Virus record (IMG/VR): IMGVR_UViG_3300020470_005894
Coordinates: 1-64,000 of that record
DNA length: 64,000 bases
Origin: a virus
Reading direction: 5' to 3' (one strand)
The number at the start of each line of letters is the position of its first letter. Position 1 is the stretch's first letter. This document shows, one piece after another, positions 19,301-28,798 of the stretch. The translations under genes were made by a program, and so were the position numbers. Under the pieces are notes generated by a model, which was not told the origin of the DNA, did not search any database, and saw only the letters and a program-made list of their open reading frames with translations.

Positions 19301-19794
19301 GGCTTAGTGTAAAAGTTATCGCCTCGATGAGAATCAGAAACAATCTTGAAGATATTGTTAAGCCCAGTTTGGTTTATTGCAACTAAAACAATATGTGCCT
19401 TGTTGTTGACTTTTTCCTTAGTCTTGCTTTTCGAAGCGCTTTCGTCTTCAAAAGAAACTTTATTTGAATCATCAATAATCTTTCTTGCTTTTTTCTTATC
19501 TGCTTTAATTCTTTCATATTCCTCCTTCCACTCCTTGATAGAAGGCACAAAATAAGCTTCAACGCCGAAAATAGGCTTAAAGTCTTTGCCTTGTTCTTTC
19601 ATCTTTTTGGCATGCAGGACTTGATAAGACATGCCATTCATATTTCCGTGATCAGTGAGCGCTAAGGCGCCCATGCCATTCTTGTACGCAAAATCCATGT
19701 GGTCTTGCGGATAGCCAAACCCATCAAAAACTGAACCAGCAACACTATGTGCGTGCAATCCCACAAATGGGATTTTAGATATATTTCTTTCCAA
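16369..19794 (-). CDS. dnaE: DNA polymerase III alpha subunit (family C)
   Basis: PHP motifs LHAHS and LTDHG; GRGSAAGS; catalytic PDIDYD; KFDLLGL; GFNKSHA. Confidence 0.97.
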   Translation of the reverse strand: MERNISKIPFVGLHAHSVAGSVFDGFGYPQDHMDFAYKNGMGALALTDHGNMNGMSYQVLHAKKMKEQGKDFKPIFGVEAYFVPSIKEWKEEYERIKADKKKARKIIDDSNKVSFEDESASKSKTKEKVNNKAHIVLVAINQTGLNNIFKIVSDSHRGDNFYTKPRLDYKMLEEHGEGIIASSACLGGVYARNFWDNQEDGEEAILNAMRETTKRMMEVLGDRWYGELQWNNVPNQHKLNQYVIQMHEEFGIELISTADSHYPSPEAWKDRELYKRLGWLGSKLPEWAKTELPIEVDEMGMELYPKNGDQMWAAYKKYSEECEFVYDDDLIYDSIVKTHWIANNRIEDFMPDDTVRLPGFVVPEGASAAETLIKESIGGLRKFGFENNQEYIDRLKHELTVINERGFAKYFLTMKAISDTASKYMLAGPGRGSAAGSLVAYVLGITQVDPIKYGLLFSRFLRSDATDYPDIDYDVSDAFGLKEILAEEWGETTVVPISNFNTLQLRSLIKDISKLYDIPFKEVNAVTSRMVREATPKAKADRGIRAGMYTPNFEEVMKYSESLISFLEKYPDVKTHVQALVGQVRSTSRHAGGVVIGEDLDRHMPLICSRGVVQTPWSEGQNVRHLEPLGHIKFDLLGLSTLEMIESAIGHVLKRHFGVENPTFADIKDYYDKTLHPDNIDLNDQKVYKNIFHKGKFAGVFQFTNTGAQKLSIKSKPTDIIDISAITSIYRPGPLSAGVDKLYVKAKRSGDTFYHNDIIEEVTKETYGFLIFQEQIALLAHKLGDSITLEEGNKLRKLLTKKGTGKGNEEKTSIRDRFIKGCVGKRMDKKDAEDLWQKFEYFSGYGFNKSHAVSYSILSYQCAWLLNYFPECWTAAFLDKEPESKKEAAIAIAQKMGFYIESININTSNRHWEIGDDGVTLIQPFSSIKGLGDKAIDQILANRPFEKIEDILFNESITHAKLNKKALDVLCRSGAMDCIIDERFNGCKHFWMACIQDKPKNEKKLLENIKLYSPEEDFTREEKIEYVSDLTGMFPFDLVLTRQIRESIDRHCVPALGNWDKDLGVAWFIPREVIQKRTKNDKPYWIVKVIDETSTTTAIKCWGIKDDDQIYINRPYAAKLQHSEEWGFSTRSIRHTFKLLG

Positions 19795-19818
19795 ACTGTC
19801 CTCTCTTGTTACAGCAAC

Positions 19819-19846
19819 AATATAATCATGCCGTATCTAGAGTCAA
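19819..19846 (-). promoter_or_regulatory. sigma70-like promoter of dnaE
   Basis: TTGACT-N16-TATATT. Confidence 0.5.
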
Positions 19847-20043
19847 CCTTCAAGTTCATTATTTTTTTCAAATAGATATAATGCCATCGATTCTAAATTT
19901 AAATTATAAGGAATCTCAACAAATGGCAATATTGCATGTATGAAAAAAGCTGTTGATGAGACAGTCAGCATCAAGCTAACCTTCATTGCAAATACAAGGT
20001 GCTGTATATAGGTTGTGTTTCTTTCTTTCAAGTGTTTAAACAT
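19843..20043 (-). CDS. DUF6356-like small membrane protein
   Basis: HLKE..TYIQH..FA...IHAILPF pattern. Confidence 0.6.
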   Translation of the reverse strand: MFKHLKERNTTYIQHLVFAMKVSLMLTVSSTAFFIHAILPFVEIPYNLNLESMALYLFEKNNELEG

Positions 20044-20044
20044 T

Positions 20045-20899
20045 TTAGACCTCCTCGTCAATACCAATTCCGTTCCATTCTTTGGCATTTAATATTTTTG
20101 GCTTTTTAATTGATGGTTTAAGAGATAAAAAGTGACAATAATCAGACCAATTATCTAAGTTATAATACTCCTCAATTTCAAGCTTCCTATAACTAGAACA
20201 TTGTAGCGTTTCAAACACTTCTTGTAAAGTAAAATTTTTATATGAAAATCTTTCTTTCAAAGAATATCTTTGTTTTCTAGTTTCTGGGTCGACCCACATG
20301 CCAGTTGATCTAGTTTTTGATTCAAGTATAAGCTGGTCAATCTGCTCCTTATCGAGAGTCATCCCCAGGTGCAAATTGTGTTTAGCCGTCTGCCCTTTGT
20401 AAGACAACATAAGATGGCCTTTATCTATCTCCTTTCTTGCCTCGCGTAGAGAGCGGGGATCGCAATAACCATACGGCCAAGATATCCAAAATTTATCTGG
20501 CTTTAAGTGCGAGCTAATATTTCGTAAAATTTTATCTGCGATTTTTGCGCCATGCAGCGCTGACCAAGCCAGATTATCCCTTTTATTTATATCTCTAATG
20601 TTTAAAGGTGTATAGTATATTCTTATCGGACGTTTAAAATCTTTCTTGTTGTGCTCAAAATGTCTGTAATTATAGACAGGATCTTGAATAACTTCACCAA
20701 CCTGATACCTGATCAAGGGAGTGACGTCATCATTGCACACAATCCATATTGTATTGCAACCAGCATATGCGCACTCAAGTACTGAACGCTCAATTGCTAG
20801 GTAGTTTGGAGCGATAGGCATCAGGCTTTCATGCCATGGCATATTGAAGTCAGTCTTAACTCCCGATACTGGAATAATTCCTGCTAAGTGTTTCTTCAT
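20045..20899 (-). CDS. Divergent sugar-phosphate nucleotidyltransferase-like protein
   Basis: LAGIIPVSG...LMPI...IERSVLECAYAGCNTIWIV fits the fold; the GxGTR loop and catalytic Lys appear absent. Confidence 0.65.
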   Translation of the reverse strand: MKKHLAGIIPVSGVKTDFNMPWHESLMPIAPNYLAIERSVLECAYAGCNTIWIVCNDDVTPLIRYQVGEVIQDPVYNYRHFEHNKKDFKRPIRIYYTPLNIRDINKRDNLAWSALHGAKIADKILRNISSHLKPDKFWISWPYGYCDPRSLREARKEIDKGHLMLSYKGQTAKHNLHLGMTLDKEQIDQLILESKTRSTGMWVDPETRKQRYSLKERFSYKNFTLQEVFETLQCSSYRKLEIEEYYNLDNWSDYCHFLSLKPSIKKPKILNAKEWNGIGIDEEV

Positions 20900-21537
20900 T
20901 TGTATACCGGAAAAACATCCCTCTTCCAAAGAGACACTCTAGGATTGTCGACACCGCGTTTCCTGAGCATATCTACAACTTTGAACCTTGCCATTGTATC
21001 ACTAAAATCAAAGTTTTTTAACTGTCTATCGGTTAAAAATGACTCACATAGCAGATCTAAGTACTTCTGGTTACCATCGATGCGTAGAGACTTAAAAAGT
21101 TTGATCTTATTAACAAATTTGTCTTTTGTCTCTATCTCATCGAAATCTAAGTCATAAAGACCCCGGCAATCAAACCAGTCAATTACACGATATCCAACTA
21201 ACTCGCGATCTAGTGAGAACCCCTCAATATTCTCATCGTCATACACATGTAGTTTATCATACTTTACTACAAAGACGTTACGATCTGTAAAAACCTTAAG
21301 AAAATTTTTTTCTGGAAATATCCTTAGGTTATTCGATTTATCCGTAAAGGGTACAAGGGTCATCTCATAAAGCTGGTAGATTTTCTCAGCCCATTCCTGC
21401 TCGATGTCTTCATAAGAATGATGATACGGTGAACGATTCTTAATTAAATGGTATTTGTTGTCGTAAGCGAATCTAACAGCATCCAGATCAGCGCCGATAA
21501 CAACATCTCCCCAATCATAGTCAACAACCGCATCCAT
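20896..21537 (-). CDS. Hypothetical protein with degenerate FAD/Rossmann-like N-terminus
   Basis: DVVIGADLDA resembles an eroded GxGxxG; ATGA-coupled to the next gene. Confidence 0.5.
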   Translation of the reverse strand: MDAVVDYDWGDVVIGADLDAVRFAYDNKYHLIKNRSPYHHSYEDIEQEWAEKIYQLYEMTLVPFTDKSNNLRIFPEKNFLKVFTDRNVFVVKYDKLHVYDDENIEGFSLDRELVGYRVIDWFDCRGLYDLDFDEIETKDKFVNKIKLFKSLRIDGNQKYLDLLCESFLTDRQLKNFDFSDTMARFKVVDMLRKRGVDNPRVSLWKRDVFPVYK

Positions 21538-22165
21538 CTTGGCCTGCGCAATCTGCTGTAGCTTTTCTTTCTTTCTTGATATTTCTATGCCATCGATTAA
21601 GAATGTAAGTAAATTTAGGTCGCTCACCACAGCGGCCTTCTTTCTTGGGCGCTCTTATCGCCGTGGCCCATGCTGCTAACCAAGTTCTTTTTTTGTCTTT
21701 AATACGACACTTCTTTTTTACTTTGGGAAGCATTTTTTTAACATGCTTTAGATAAGCATCTGCAGCCTCTTCGACGCTTCTTCTATTAATGTTATAAGCT
21801 TTCTCCCACCATGGCCACATTTGAAATAATCCTTTTGCCATTGGTTTTTTTGTTTTTGAAAACTTATGATCACCGTCAGCTTGATTATTAAAGCCAGACT
21901 CATGGCATGCGGCGGCTAATAGCATACCTCTTAGTTCTAGAGGTAAATTATGCTTCTTTTCAACCTCGATTAGTTGCTCTATGATTTTTTGTTTTTCTGT
22001 AGAAGGTTTTGCAAATGGGCAGTTAAAAACCGCTTGATCATGGATCTCATCATAAGTAATTGTTTGCACAGTTATCTTTTTTATTGGGTTCACAAAATCA
22101 TTTGCAATCATAGTGTCAACTGAATGGCTAGCTAATACCAAAAATAAGCCGGTTATGTAATTCAT
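21521..22165 (-). CDS. Lytic transglycosylase (SLT-like) with N-terminal signal
   Basis: AAACHESGFN..A (catalytic Glu) and AKGLFQM. Confidence 0.75.
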   Translation of the reverse strand: MNYITGLFLVLASHSVDTMIANDFVNPIKKITVQTITYDEIHDQAVFNCPFAKPSTEKQKIIEQLIEVEKKHNLPLELRGMLLAAACHESGFNNQADGDHKFSKTKKPMAKGLFQMWPWWEKAYNINRRSVEEAADAYLKHVKKMLPKVKKKCRIKDKKRTWLAAWATAIRAPKKEGRCGERPKFTYILNRWHRNIKKERKATADCAGQDGCGC

Positions 22166-22179
22166 AATATCTAATTAAT

Positions 22180-22446
22180 TTATTCATCTTCGTAGAAACC
22201 TACGACATAATTTTCTAATACTAAATAGTATGTTTTATCAAAAAAGCTAGTCTCTTCTATCATATGTGACGGAACAATAATTTTCATCCCAGGAAGAAGA
22301 AGTGAGTCTTTGTTTGGCTGTATGACTTTAGCCATTTTAAATTTTCTCTCATCAATTTTAAAATTGTCAGGCACCAAAACACCAGTCTCAGTCTTCTTCT
22401 CCTCTATGGGCTGCACCACCAAATATTTATTTAAGGGGTAAAGCAT
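22180..22446 (-). CDS. groES: Co-chaperonin GroES-like
   Basis: PLNKYLVV, mobile loop KTETGVLVP, C-terminal ENYVVG. Confidence 0.8.
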   Translation of the reverse strand: MLYPLNKYLVVQPIEEKKTETGVLVPDNFKIDERKFKMAKVIQPNKDSLLLPGMKIIVPSHMIEETSFFDKTYYLVLENYVVGFYEDE

Positions 22447-22447
22447 G

Positions 22448-22696
22448 CTAAGACACTCCTACCTTTTTTGTTAGCTGGTCAAAGAAATCTGTAAATTGGT
22501 TTAAGTCATCACCCTTCTTGAGCATTCGATATGCTCGTACCGCTTGACGCATCTCTTCTTTTGTAAGCCATCCATTTTGAGCATAGTTCTTACGTAAATC
22601 CCTCTTGTGCTCCTTGTAGGGCTCCATTTCATCCTCAACGGCCTTAAGCGCCTTAATATACTCAACAACATATTCTTTTGTAGTCAAATCACTCAT
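22448..22696 (-). CDS. T4 DsbA / GapR (DUF2312)-like dsDNA-binding protein
   Basis: YIKALKAVEDE...KRDL......G....MRQAVR helical pattern; TTAACA-N16-TATAAT upstream. Confidence 0.65.
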   Translation of the reverse strand: MSDLTTKEYVVEYIKALKAVEDEMEPYKEHKRDLRKNYAQNGWLTKEEMRQAVRAYRMLKKGDDLNQFTDFFDQLTKKVGVS

Positions 22697-22747
22697 CTCG
22701 TTTGCTCCTTTGTTTGCAAATATATTATAGTTACTTTTTGCAAGATG

Positions 22748-24604
22748 TTAAATTATTTCGCATGATCCACCTGAACAAGCCAACTCTCCAGACAAATTTG
22801 TTCCATCCTCAAGTTCAATAACTTTGCTAAGATCAACCTCCTGTAGCGACTCTAAGAGAACTTGGAATTTCTCGCGAGAACAATCTTCGAAAGGAGGTTG
22901 TTTGTAGGTGTGCTCAGAGAAGGGCAGGACTGATAAACCATTGTAAAAGTTTCTGTTTTCCCACATCCAATCTCCAACATCCGCCCATTCGGAATCCTTA
23001 ATAGAGATAGTAGCTGACACATTGTGGCTGTTTTGACCCCTGCCATGGCCAGTGTTAACCCACTCGCTAGTAACAGTCTTAACTCTCCTAAGCAATTGTA
23101 AGGCGCTCTCTGATCTCGTTATAGCACCCTCTGGGGCTTTTTGTGGCACTGAAATAACTGCAGTGTCGTGCGGCCTAAAATACTCATCCTCTAAAAGCTC
23201 GGGGTGGTGGATGGCTAGATGAGTGTAAATAGACTCATTTTTGCCAACTCGCAGACGTCGTATATAGTGCTCATTATGCCACGCGTGAATACCACTGGAG
23301 GTACCAAGAGTTAAAGAAGTAGTGCCAGCCGGCTTTACACAAGTAGTTCTGGCTGCTGGCTTAATTCCTATCAGCGAGGCCACGCGCTTGTTTTCTTTGC
23401 GTACGATAGAAGCTGCAGACTTCATATCTAAGCTCAGCACACCACCGGAAGCAATTCCCGTCATAGAGACTCCTACCAAAGCATCCTTCTCTGTAGTGCG
23501 ACGCCAAACATCTCTAAGATAGTGAAAATCTGTATAGCCAGCTTGCAGGGTTCCTATAAAAGCAGCTGCCTTTGCCCTTAGGTTGTACTCCTCTTGTGTG
23601 CTTAAATCAGAAACATTGATTTCAGTTAAATTACAAAACTGATACGGCCTTAGCGCGATCTCACAACAAGGATTTGTGCCCCAGTCCTTATCGTTGGAAA
23701 GATAAAAACCTGGCTCACCAGATCCTGACTCTTTAATTCGTTCCCATATCTCCATAAAGAAATCACGAGTCATCAAGTGCCTCATTAAGACGACTGAATT
23801 ATTGGCTCTTCCTCGCTGTGGATTTGTCTCCCACCAGCTTCCTGTTTTTGCTGCGAGCATTTCTTCATCGTCCGCGGAAAAAAGTGAAATAAGAGCAGCC
23901 CTACGGATCCCCCCGGCAAGAACAGCATCAGCAATATGACAAATGATATCATGTACTTCGATAGGTTCAAGTTTATCTCCATTCTCTTTTTCGTCAAAAA
24001 TGCCCTGTACTTTTAGCAAGCATTCTTTTAGCGGCTGAGGGCCGGGAGCTTTACCTCCACTTGTAACTAGTCTGCTGCCCTTCAGACGGATGTCAGAAAA
24101 ATCAAATTTTATTTTTGAGCCACCTTTAAAGTAAGAATGAATTAAAACTTTTATTGAATCGGCCCATCCTTCGATCGAATCTCCGATAAGAAATCTGCGA
24201 GATCTTTTTGAATTTGGCTTCTGAATTTCTGGGAGCTTATCAACATGATGCCTTTGGACGCTGAATCCAACACCAGTGCCACCGAGAAGGAGAAACATGC
24301 ACTCAGAAAAAGAAGCGACATTATCGATAGGCATATAAGCACAGTTGTATATCCTGTTAGGTGCCACTTCAATCGGCTTGCCGCCGAATTGCATGGATCG
24401 CATTGATGGTAAGACTTTTCTTTCATAGACATAATTATACGCTTCCTCGATTTCGTTCCTTAAATCGGGATATTTCTTAATATGCATATTTTTGTTTCTA
24501 GTGACTAGTTCATCCCAAGTTTCTCTCCTTTCTAGCTCTGGGATGTACCTAGAGTATTTCATGTGTACTGTAATATCTGATAAAATTTTATTCTGTAACT
24601 CCAA
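22748..24604 (-). CDS. nrdJ: Class II (B12-dependent) ribonucleotide reductase
   Basis: RETW, LPSMR, YNC, TNPCCEI, CNLTE, TCVKPAGT and C-terminal CSGGSCE; likely TTG start after AGGAGG. Confidence 0.92.
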   Translation of the reverse strand: MELQNKILSDITVHMKYSRYIPELERRETWDELVTRNKNMHIKKYPDLRNEIEEAYNYVYERKVLPSMRSMQFGGKPIEVAPNRIYNCAYMPIDNVASFSECMFLLLGGTGVGFSVQRHHVDKLPEIQKPNSKRSRRFLIGDSIEGWADSIKVLIHSYFKGGSKIKFDFSDIRLKGSRLVTSGGKAPGPQPLKECLLKVQGIFDEKENGDKLEPIEVHDIICHIADAVLAGGIRRAALISLFSADDEEMLAAKTGSWWETNPQRGRANNSVVLMRHLMTRDFFMEIWERIKESGSGEPGFYLSNDKDWGTNPCCEIALRPYQFCNLTEINVSDLSTQEEYNLRAKAAAFIGTLQAGYTDFHYLRDVWRRTTEKDALVGVSMTGIASGGVLSLDMKSAASIVRKENKRVASLIGIKPAARTTCVKPAGTTSLTLGTSSGIHAWHNEHYIRRLRVGKNESIYTHLAIHHPELLEDEYFRPHDTAVISVPQKAPEGAITRSESALQLLRRVKTVTSEWVNTGHGRGQNSHNVSATISIKDSEWADVGDWMWENRNFYNGLSVLPFSEHTYKQPPFEDCSREKFQVLLESLQEVDLSKVIELEDGTNLSGELACSGGSCEII

Positions 24605-25997
24605 TGCTTTTTCCTCCTGAATTTTTTTGATTTTTTGCAATTCTAAATTGTTTATACTTATCTCTAAGCGCAGTTGCTAACTCGTTGGGCGCCATGGCAG
24701 GAGAAACAACTGGTGTATCAACTTTTGCTAAAACTTTAATATTAACGTTGCTGGTGTCCATAAAGATAGGAAAAACAAGCCCATCGGGCCCATTTCTATT
24801 TTTTGCAATAAACATTCTACCTGTATTAGCATTCTTATCTTTAATGGTTCTAGAAATAGAACAAATAAAGTCAGATACAAAGCACTTGTTAAAAGCTTCT
24901 GAAATAGATTCCATAGTTACAACTTCTGCGTTCAATCCTGTTCTGTTCGTCTGTGATGCCGTCCATAATGGGCATTTGTATTCTTGAGCTATAGCTCTTA
25001 AGTTTTCATAAATAGACTCTAATTCATTACGTTTCTCTTTAAAATTACTGACCGGCCTAAGCAAATCAGCGTAATCTACTAAAATCATATCGATTTTATG
25101 ATTTTTATTTTTTAATTTTTCTAAGTGCGACCTTAGCGTATTGGTAGAAGCTGTTTTAGTTGGGTATTCTTTAATCACCAAAGAGCCCTCAACCTCACTG
25201 ATCAATTCTAGAACTTCATCTTTTTGATGAAAAAGTGTATTCAGTGGTACACCACTGATGCAGCTATCATATCTTTGGCCTGTTACAGCCTCTGAAAGCT
25301 CCAGTGTATAGTGCACTACGTTTTTTCCAGCCTTAACAGCTTGTGAGCCTAAATGAGCTAATACCATTGATTTTCCAGCTCCAGTCGGAGCAATTACAAC
25401 GCCAAGCTCACCTGAGCCTAGACCTTTCTTCATTAAAGAATCTACCTTTTCCCAACCTGTTGAGACCGGGTTTCTAGCTTTAATTTCATAGCGCAATTCA
25501 AAATCCCTAATAAAATCGTGTCCAAAGTTATTATCATTTCCTAGATTTAAGGCAACGTCAATCACTTGTCGCACCTCATCGTATGAGGAATTTTGTATCA
25601 AATCAACAGAAGTCATAAGTGCTTCTTTAAGTTTTTGTTTCTTGCAAAAATCTAAACTAGTCTCTTTGATATATTGTCCATCTTGTACCGTCTTGACGCA
25701 AATTCTGGCAAAATAGTCTCTTACCTGTTTTTTTGCTGAATCATTTAAGTTTTCAAGTTCCGTCCTCAATATTGAGGCTAGAATCTTCTTTGTAGGATGC
25801 ACACCATATTTTCTACGATAATCATATATTCTAGATACAAAAATGCGAAGATAGCTCAACTCGAAAAACTGAGTGTCTATTACCTCTTCAATCTGATCTG
25901 CGAAAGGACGATCTTCTAGAATCATCTGCGCCAAAGTCTCTTGAAACTGCTTTCCATACTTAGAAAAGCTTAGCTCTTTAGTCATATTCTCCTCCAA
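24588..25997 (-). CDS. Replicative helicase (DnaB / T4 gp41-like)
   Basis: APTGAGKS Walker A, YTLE, VDYADLL, TASQTNR, KNRNG. Confidence 0.93.
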   Translation of the reverse strand: MEENMTKELSFSKYGKQFQETLAQMILEDRPFADQIEEVIDTQFFELSYLRIFVSRIYDYRRKYGVHPTKKILASILRTELENLNDSAKKQVRDYFARICVKTVQDGQYIKETSLDFCKKQKLKEALMTSVDLIQNSSYDEVRQVIDVALNLGNDNNFGHDFIRDFELRYEIKARNPVSTGWEKVDSLMKKGLGSGELGVVIAPTGAGKSMVLAHLGSQAVKAGKNVVHYTLELSEAVTGQRYDSCISGVPLNTLFHQKDEVLELISEVEGSLVIKEYPTKTASTNTLRSHLEKLKNKNHKIDMILVDYADLLRPVSNFKEKRNELESIYENLRAIAQEYKCPLWTASQTNRTGLNAEVVTMESISEAFNKCFVSDFICSISRTIKDKNANTGRMFIAKNRNGPDGLVFPIFMDTSNVNIKVLAKVDTPVVSPAMAPNELATALRDKYKQFRIAKNQKNSGGKSIGVTE

Positions 25998-26016
25998 TAA
26001 ACATATTAGCTACATT

Positions 26017-26991
26017 CTAGCGATTGTCTATAGAAATTCTGTTTAAGTGCTGAAAAAGTTCAATGAAATTAATTTCTCCAAATCCATCTTTTAACATCAT
26101 CTTAATTAACTCGGTCTTATTAAAGCTCAAGTCAGGGTTCTCAATTGTCTCACGAATTGTTTTCTTCATAGCGGGATCTAAAATTGGTGCATAAAGTTGC
26201 ATCATCTTATAATTCCTTCTTAAAGTTTCTTCGTTCTCTAAAACTTTCTGATAAGCTTTCACACTTGATTGTTCTAAAGAATCTCTGCAGTGTCCTAAAA
26301 GCTCGTCAAAAGTAACTGATTTTTTTTGTTTTAGAAAGGGGAAGCGCTTAGCAATTGTCTTTAGGCCTAGGCCTTCAATCCCCTCAATGTTGTCTGATTT
26401 GTCACCCTCCATGGCTCTTGCCATGGCAAAATTTGCGGGATGGATATTAAACTTATTCAAAATTTTGTTTTCGTTTAAAACCTCTTTTTGAATTGGTCTA
26501 TACTGTACGGTTTTAGTGCCTAAGAGCTGAAAGAAGTCTTTGTCACTTGACACAATTAGTTTTTCTGCATTTTCAAGTGATTTAAGCTGTGTAACATAAG
26601 CGATTATATCATCTGCTTCTGTGCTTTTAAACATCAATTGAATTATAGGGACTTGATTATAATATTCAATCAGACGTGATTGTTGCCAGATTTTGTTCTC
26701 AATCTCCTGGGATTCTGACATGTTTCTAATGCCTCGGTTTAATCGAATCGGCTTTCTGCCGTCTTTATAATCCTTTTTCATTAGCTTGCGCTTAGCAGAG
26801 CCACCCTCGCCGTCCCAGCAAACAATAATTAAATCTGGCTTTGACTCTCTGCATATTTTTTGAATGCTCTGAAAGCAACCCTTAAGGCCACCGATCGGTG
26901 CACCATTCGCTGACAAGCTAGGATTAACTATGTAATTACGAAAAAAAAGGTTCAATTGATCAATAATTAAAACTCTCTTACCATCATACAT
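26017..26991 (-). CDS. 5'-3' exonuclease / flap endonuclease (T4 RNase H-like)
   Basis: [37 protein letters not shown]. Confidence 0.93.
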   Translation of the reverse strand: MYDGKRVLIIDQLNLFFRNYIVNPSLSANGAPIGGLKGCFQSIQKICRESKPDLIIVCWDGEGGSAKRKLMKKDYKDGRKPIRLNRGIRNMSESQEIENKIWQQSRLIEYYNQVPIIQLMFKSTEADDIIAYVTQLKSLENAEKLIVSSDKDFFQLLGTKTVQYRPIQKEVLNENKILNKFNIHPANFAMARAMEGDKSDNIEGIEGLGLKTIAKRFPFLKQKKSVTFDELLGHCRDSLEQSSVKAYQKVLENEETLRRNYKMMQLYAPILDPAMKKTIRETIENPDLSFNKTELIKMMLKDGFGEINFIELFQHLNRISIDNR

Positions 26992-27970
26992 AAATACCTA
27001 CCTTATTTAGTTTAAAATCTGATTCGTACATCATCTCTACTAAATCTAGAAACGATACCTTCGGAGTCCAGTTTAATTTATTTTTTGCTTTAGTAGGATC
27101 TCCCAGCAGCACTGGTACTTCATGAGGCCTAAAGAGCCTCTCGTCAATCTCGACGTGCTTATTGATAGATAATTTAGCAATTTCAAAAACCCTCTCTAAA
27201 AACTCTTTTACCGTGTGTGTCTCTCCAGTGGCTATCACATAATCATCCGGCTCGTCTTGTTGCAACATAAGCCACATAGCCTCAACATAATCTCCCGCAA
27301 ATCCCCAATCTCTCTTTGCGTCTAGATTTCCTAAATATAATTTATCCTGCATGCCTAATTTAATTCTAGCTGCAGCTTTTGTTATCTTTCTGGTGACAAA
27401 TGTTTCACCGCGTCTAGGCGACTCGTGATTAAACAAAATACCAGAAGAAGCATGCATGCCGTATCCAATCCTATAATTTCTCACTAAATTATGTCCAAAT
27501 AATTTGGCGCATGCGTAGGGTGAGGCTGGGGTCATCCTAGTATTTTCATCCTGAGGCACTGAGGGATTATCACCAAACATTTCTGAAGAAGAAGCTTGAT
27601 AAAATCTTGCATCAGGTGCTAGAAGACGACATGCTTCTAGAAATCTTAATGTGCCCATCGCAACAGAGTCTACCGTCTCCTCTGGCACCTCAAAAGAAAC
27701 TCTAACATGCGATTGTGCTGCTAGATTATAAATTTCAGTCGGCTGTGCTTCATGAATAATTCTGTACAAAGAGGCAGAATCATGCATATTTCCGTAAACC
27801 ATTTTAAAATTTGGGTTGTTGTATATATGATCAATTCTATCTGTAGCTATAAGGGAAGTTCTTCTTTTTATTCCAGTGACCTTATAGCCCTTACTTAAAA
27901 GTAGCTCTGCAAGATAAGAGCCGTCTTGGCCGGTTACACCACTAATTAAAGCACTTTTGCTGCCATACAT
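26984..27970 (-). CDS. gmd: GDP-mannose 4,6-dehydratase
   Basis: [52 protein letters not shown]. Confidence 0.97.
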   Translation of the reverse strand: MYGSKSALISGVTGQDGSYLAELLLSKGYKVTGIKRRTSLIATDRIDHIYNNPNFKMVYGNMHDSASLYRIIHEAQPTEIYNLAAQSHVRVSFEVPEETVDSVAMGTLRFLEACRLLAPDARFYQASSSEMFGDNPSVPQDENTRMTPASPYACAKLFGHNLVRNYRIGYGMHASSGILFNHESPRRGETFVTRKITKAAARIKLGMQDKLYLGNLDAKRDWGFAGDYVEAMWLMLQQDEPDDYVIATGETHTVKEFLERVFEIAKLSINKHVEIDERLFRPHEVPVLLGDPTKAKNKLNWTPKVSFLDLVEMMYESDFKLNKVGIYV

Positions 27971-27986
27971 TATTTTTCCTTTTTTG

Positions 27987-28319
27987 TTAGCGGTATATTC
28001 TACTAACTACCTTAGTCGCTCTTCTAGGTATGAAAGAATATATTCCATCGATTTTTATTGATTCATCAGCCATTTTTTTTAATTGCTGCGCAACAGTTGG
28101 CTCTTGTCTAAAAAATTTTACTTTAAGCTCTGTTCGCTCTACCGTTTCACTAATAGACCGTGCTGGCCCAGTAATTGTTACAACTGTTATACCACAAACT
28201 CCACGTAAATTATCGGTAATTATGGTAATGTTTTTACTTCGATCAGAGCGTAGCACACACTCTGCCTCCCAAAGAGTTTCGTTTAAATATTCTTTTACTA
28301 CACTTTTCAATGATTCCAT
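27987..28319 (-). CDS. Hypothetical protein, possible late head-associated
   Basis: N-terminal YLNE; GGAGG SD; CTACTTAG motif upstream. Confidence 0.6.
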   Translation of the reverse strand: MESLKSVVKEYLNETLWEAECVLRSDRSKNITIITDNLRGVCGITVVTITGPARSISETVERTELKVKFFRQEPTVAQQLKKMADESIKIDGIYSFIPRRATKVVSRIYR

Positions 28320-28345
28320 AGGACAACCTCCACAATCTAAGTAGT

Positions 28346-28786
28346 TTATAGTTTATACATTTCTATGCTGTTATCGTCAACAGTGTAGTAGACTCTCTTG
28401 ACACCCACATGTTTAAGCGCTTCGTGGCACATAGAACAAGGCTTACTATTACGAAACTCTCCTTTTTTGTTAACGCGGCAAACATATACGTCCGCACCGG
28501 TCGTAACTGCTCTAGACAAGCCTAGTATGCAACCAAGCTCAGCATGTATTGTAGCATACCCCCTATCTGGATCTCTAAATCGCGTACCAAAAGAACAAAA
28601 CTTATCCTTATTATAACAGGTATTAATAACAGACCCGCCCTTGACTAATATTGCACCATGTCTTATTTTGCCATACTGACTTCCAAAAGCCACATTCTTT
28701 GCGAGATTAAAATATCTTTCGATCTTTTTCGTAGGCTTTATGACTGTCCCAACGTAAGGAGTGTGGTTTTTAAATTTCGTACTCAT
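28346..28786 (-). CDS. Zn-dependent cytidine/dCMP deaminase-family protein
   Basis: HGAILV, HAE and SKPCSMC motifs. Confidence 0.88.
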   Translation of the reverse strand: MSTKFKNHTPYVGTVIKPTKKIERYFNLAKNVAFGSQYGKIRHGAILVKGGSVINTCYNKDKFCSFGTRFRDPDRGYATIHAELGCILGLSRAVTTGADVYVCRVNKKGEFRNSKPCSMCHEALKHVGVKRVYYTVDDNSIEMYKL

Positions 28787-28798
28787 GTAACAAAAAAA

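Noticed and set aside
11850-24640. Longest-ORF starts for clpP (12560), 21630, 20929, 20088 and nrdJ (24640)
   Set aside because: They run into terminators or neighbouring genes; downstream starts with an SD or stop-start coupling fit better.
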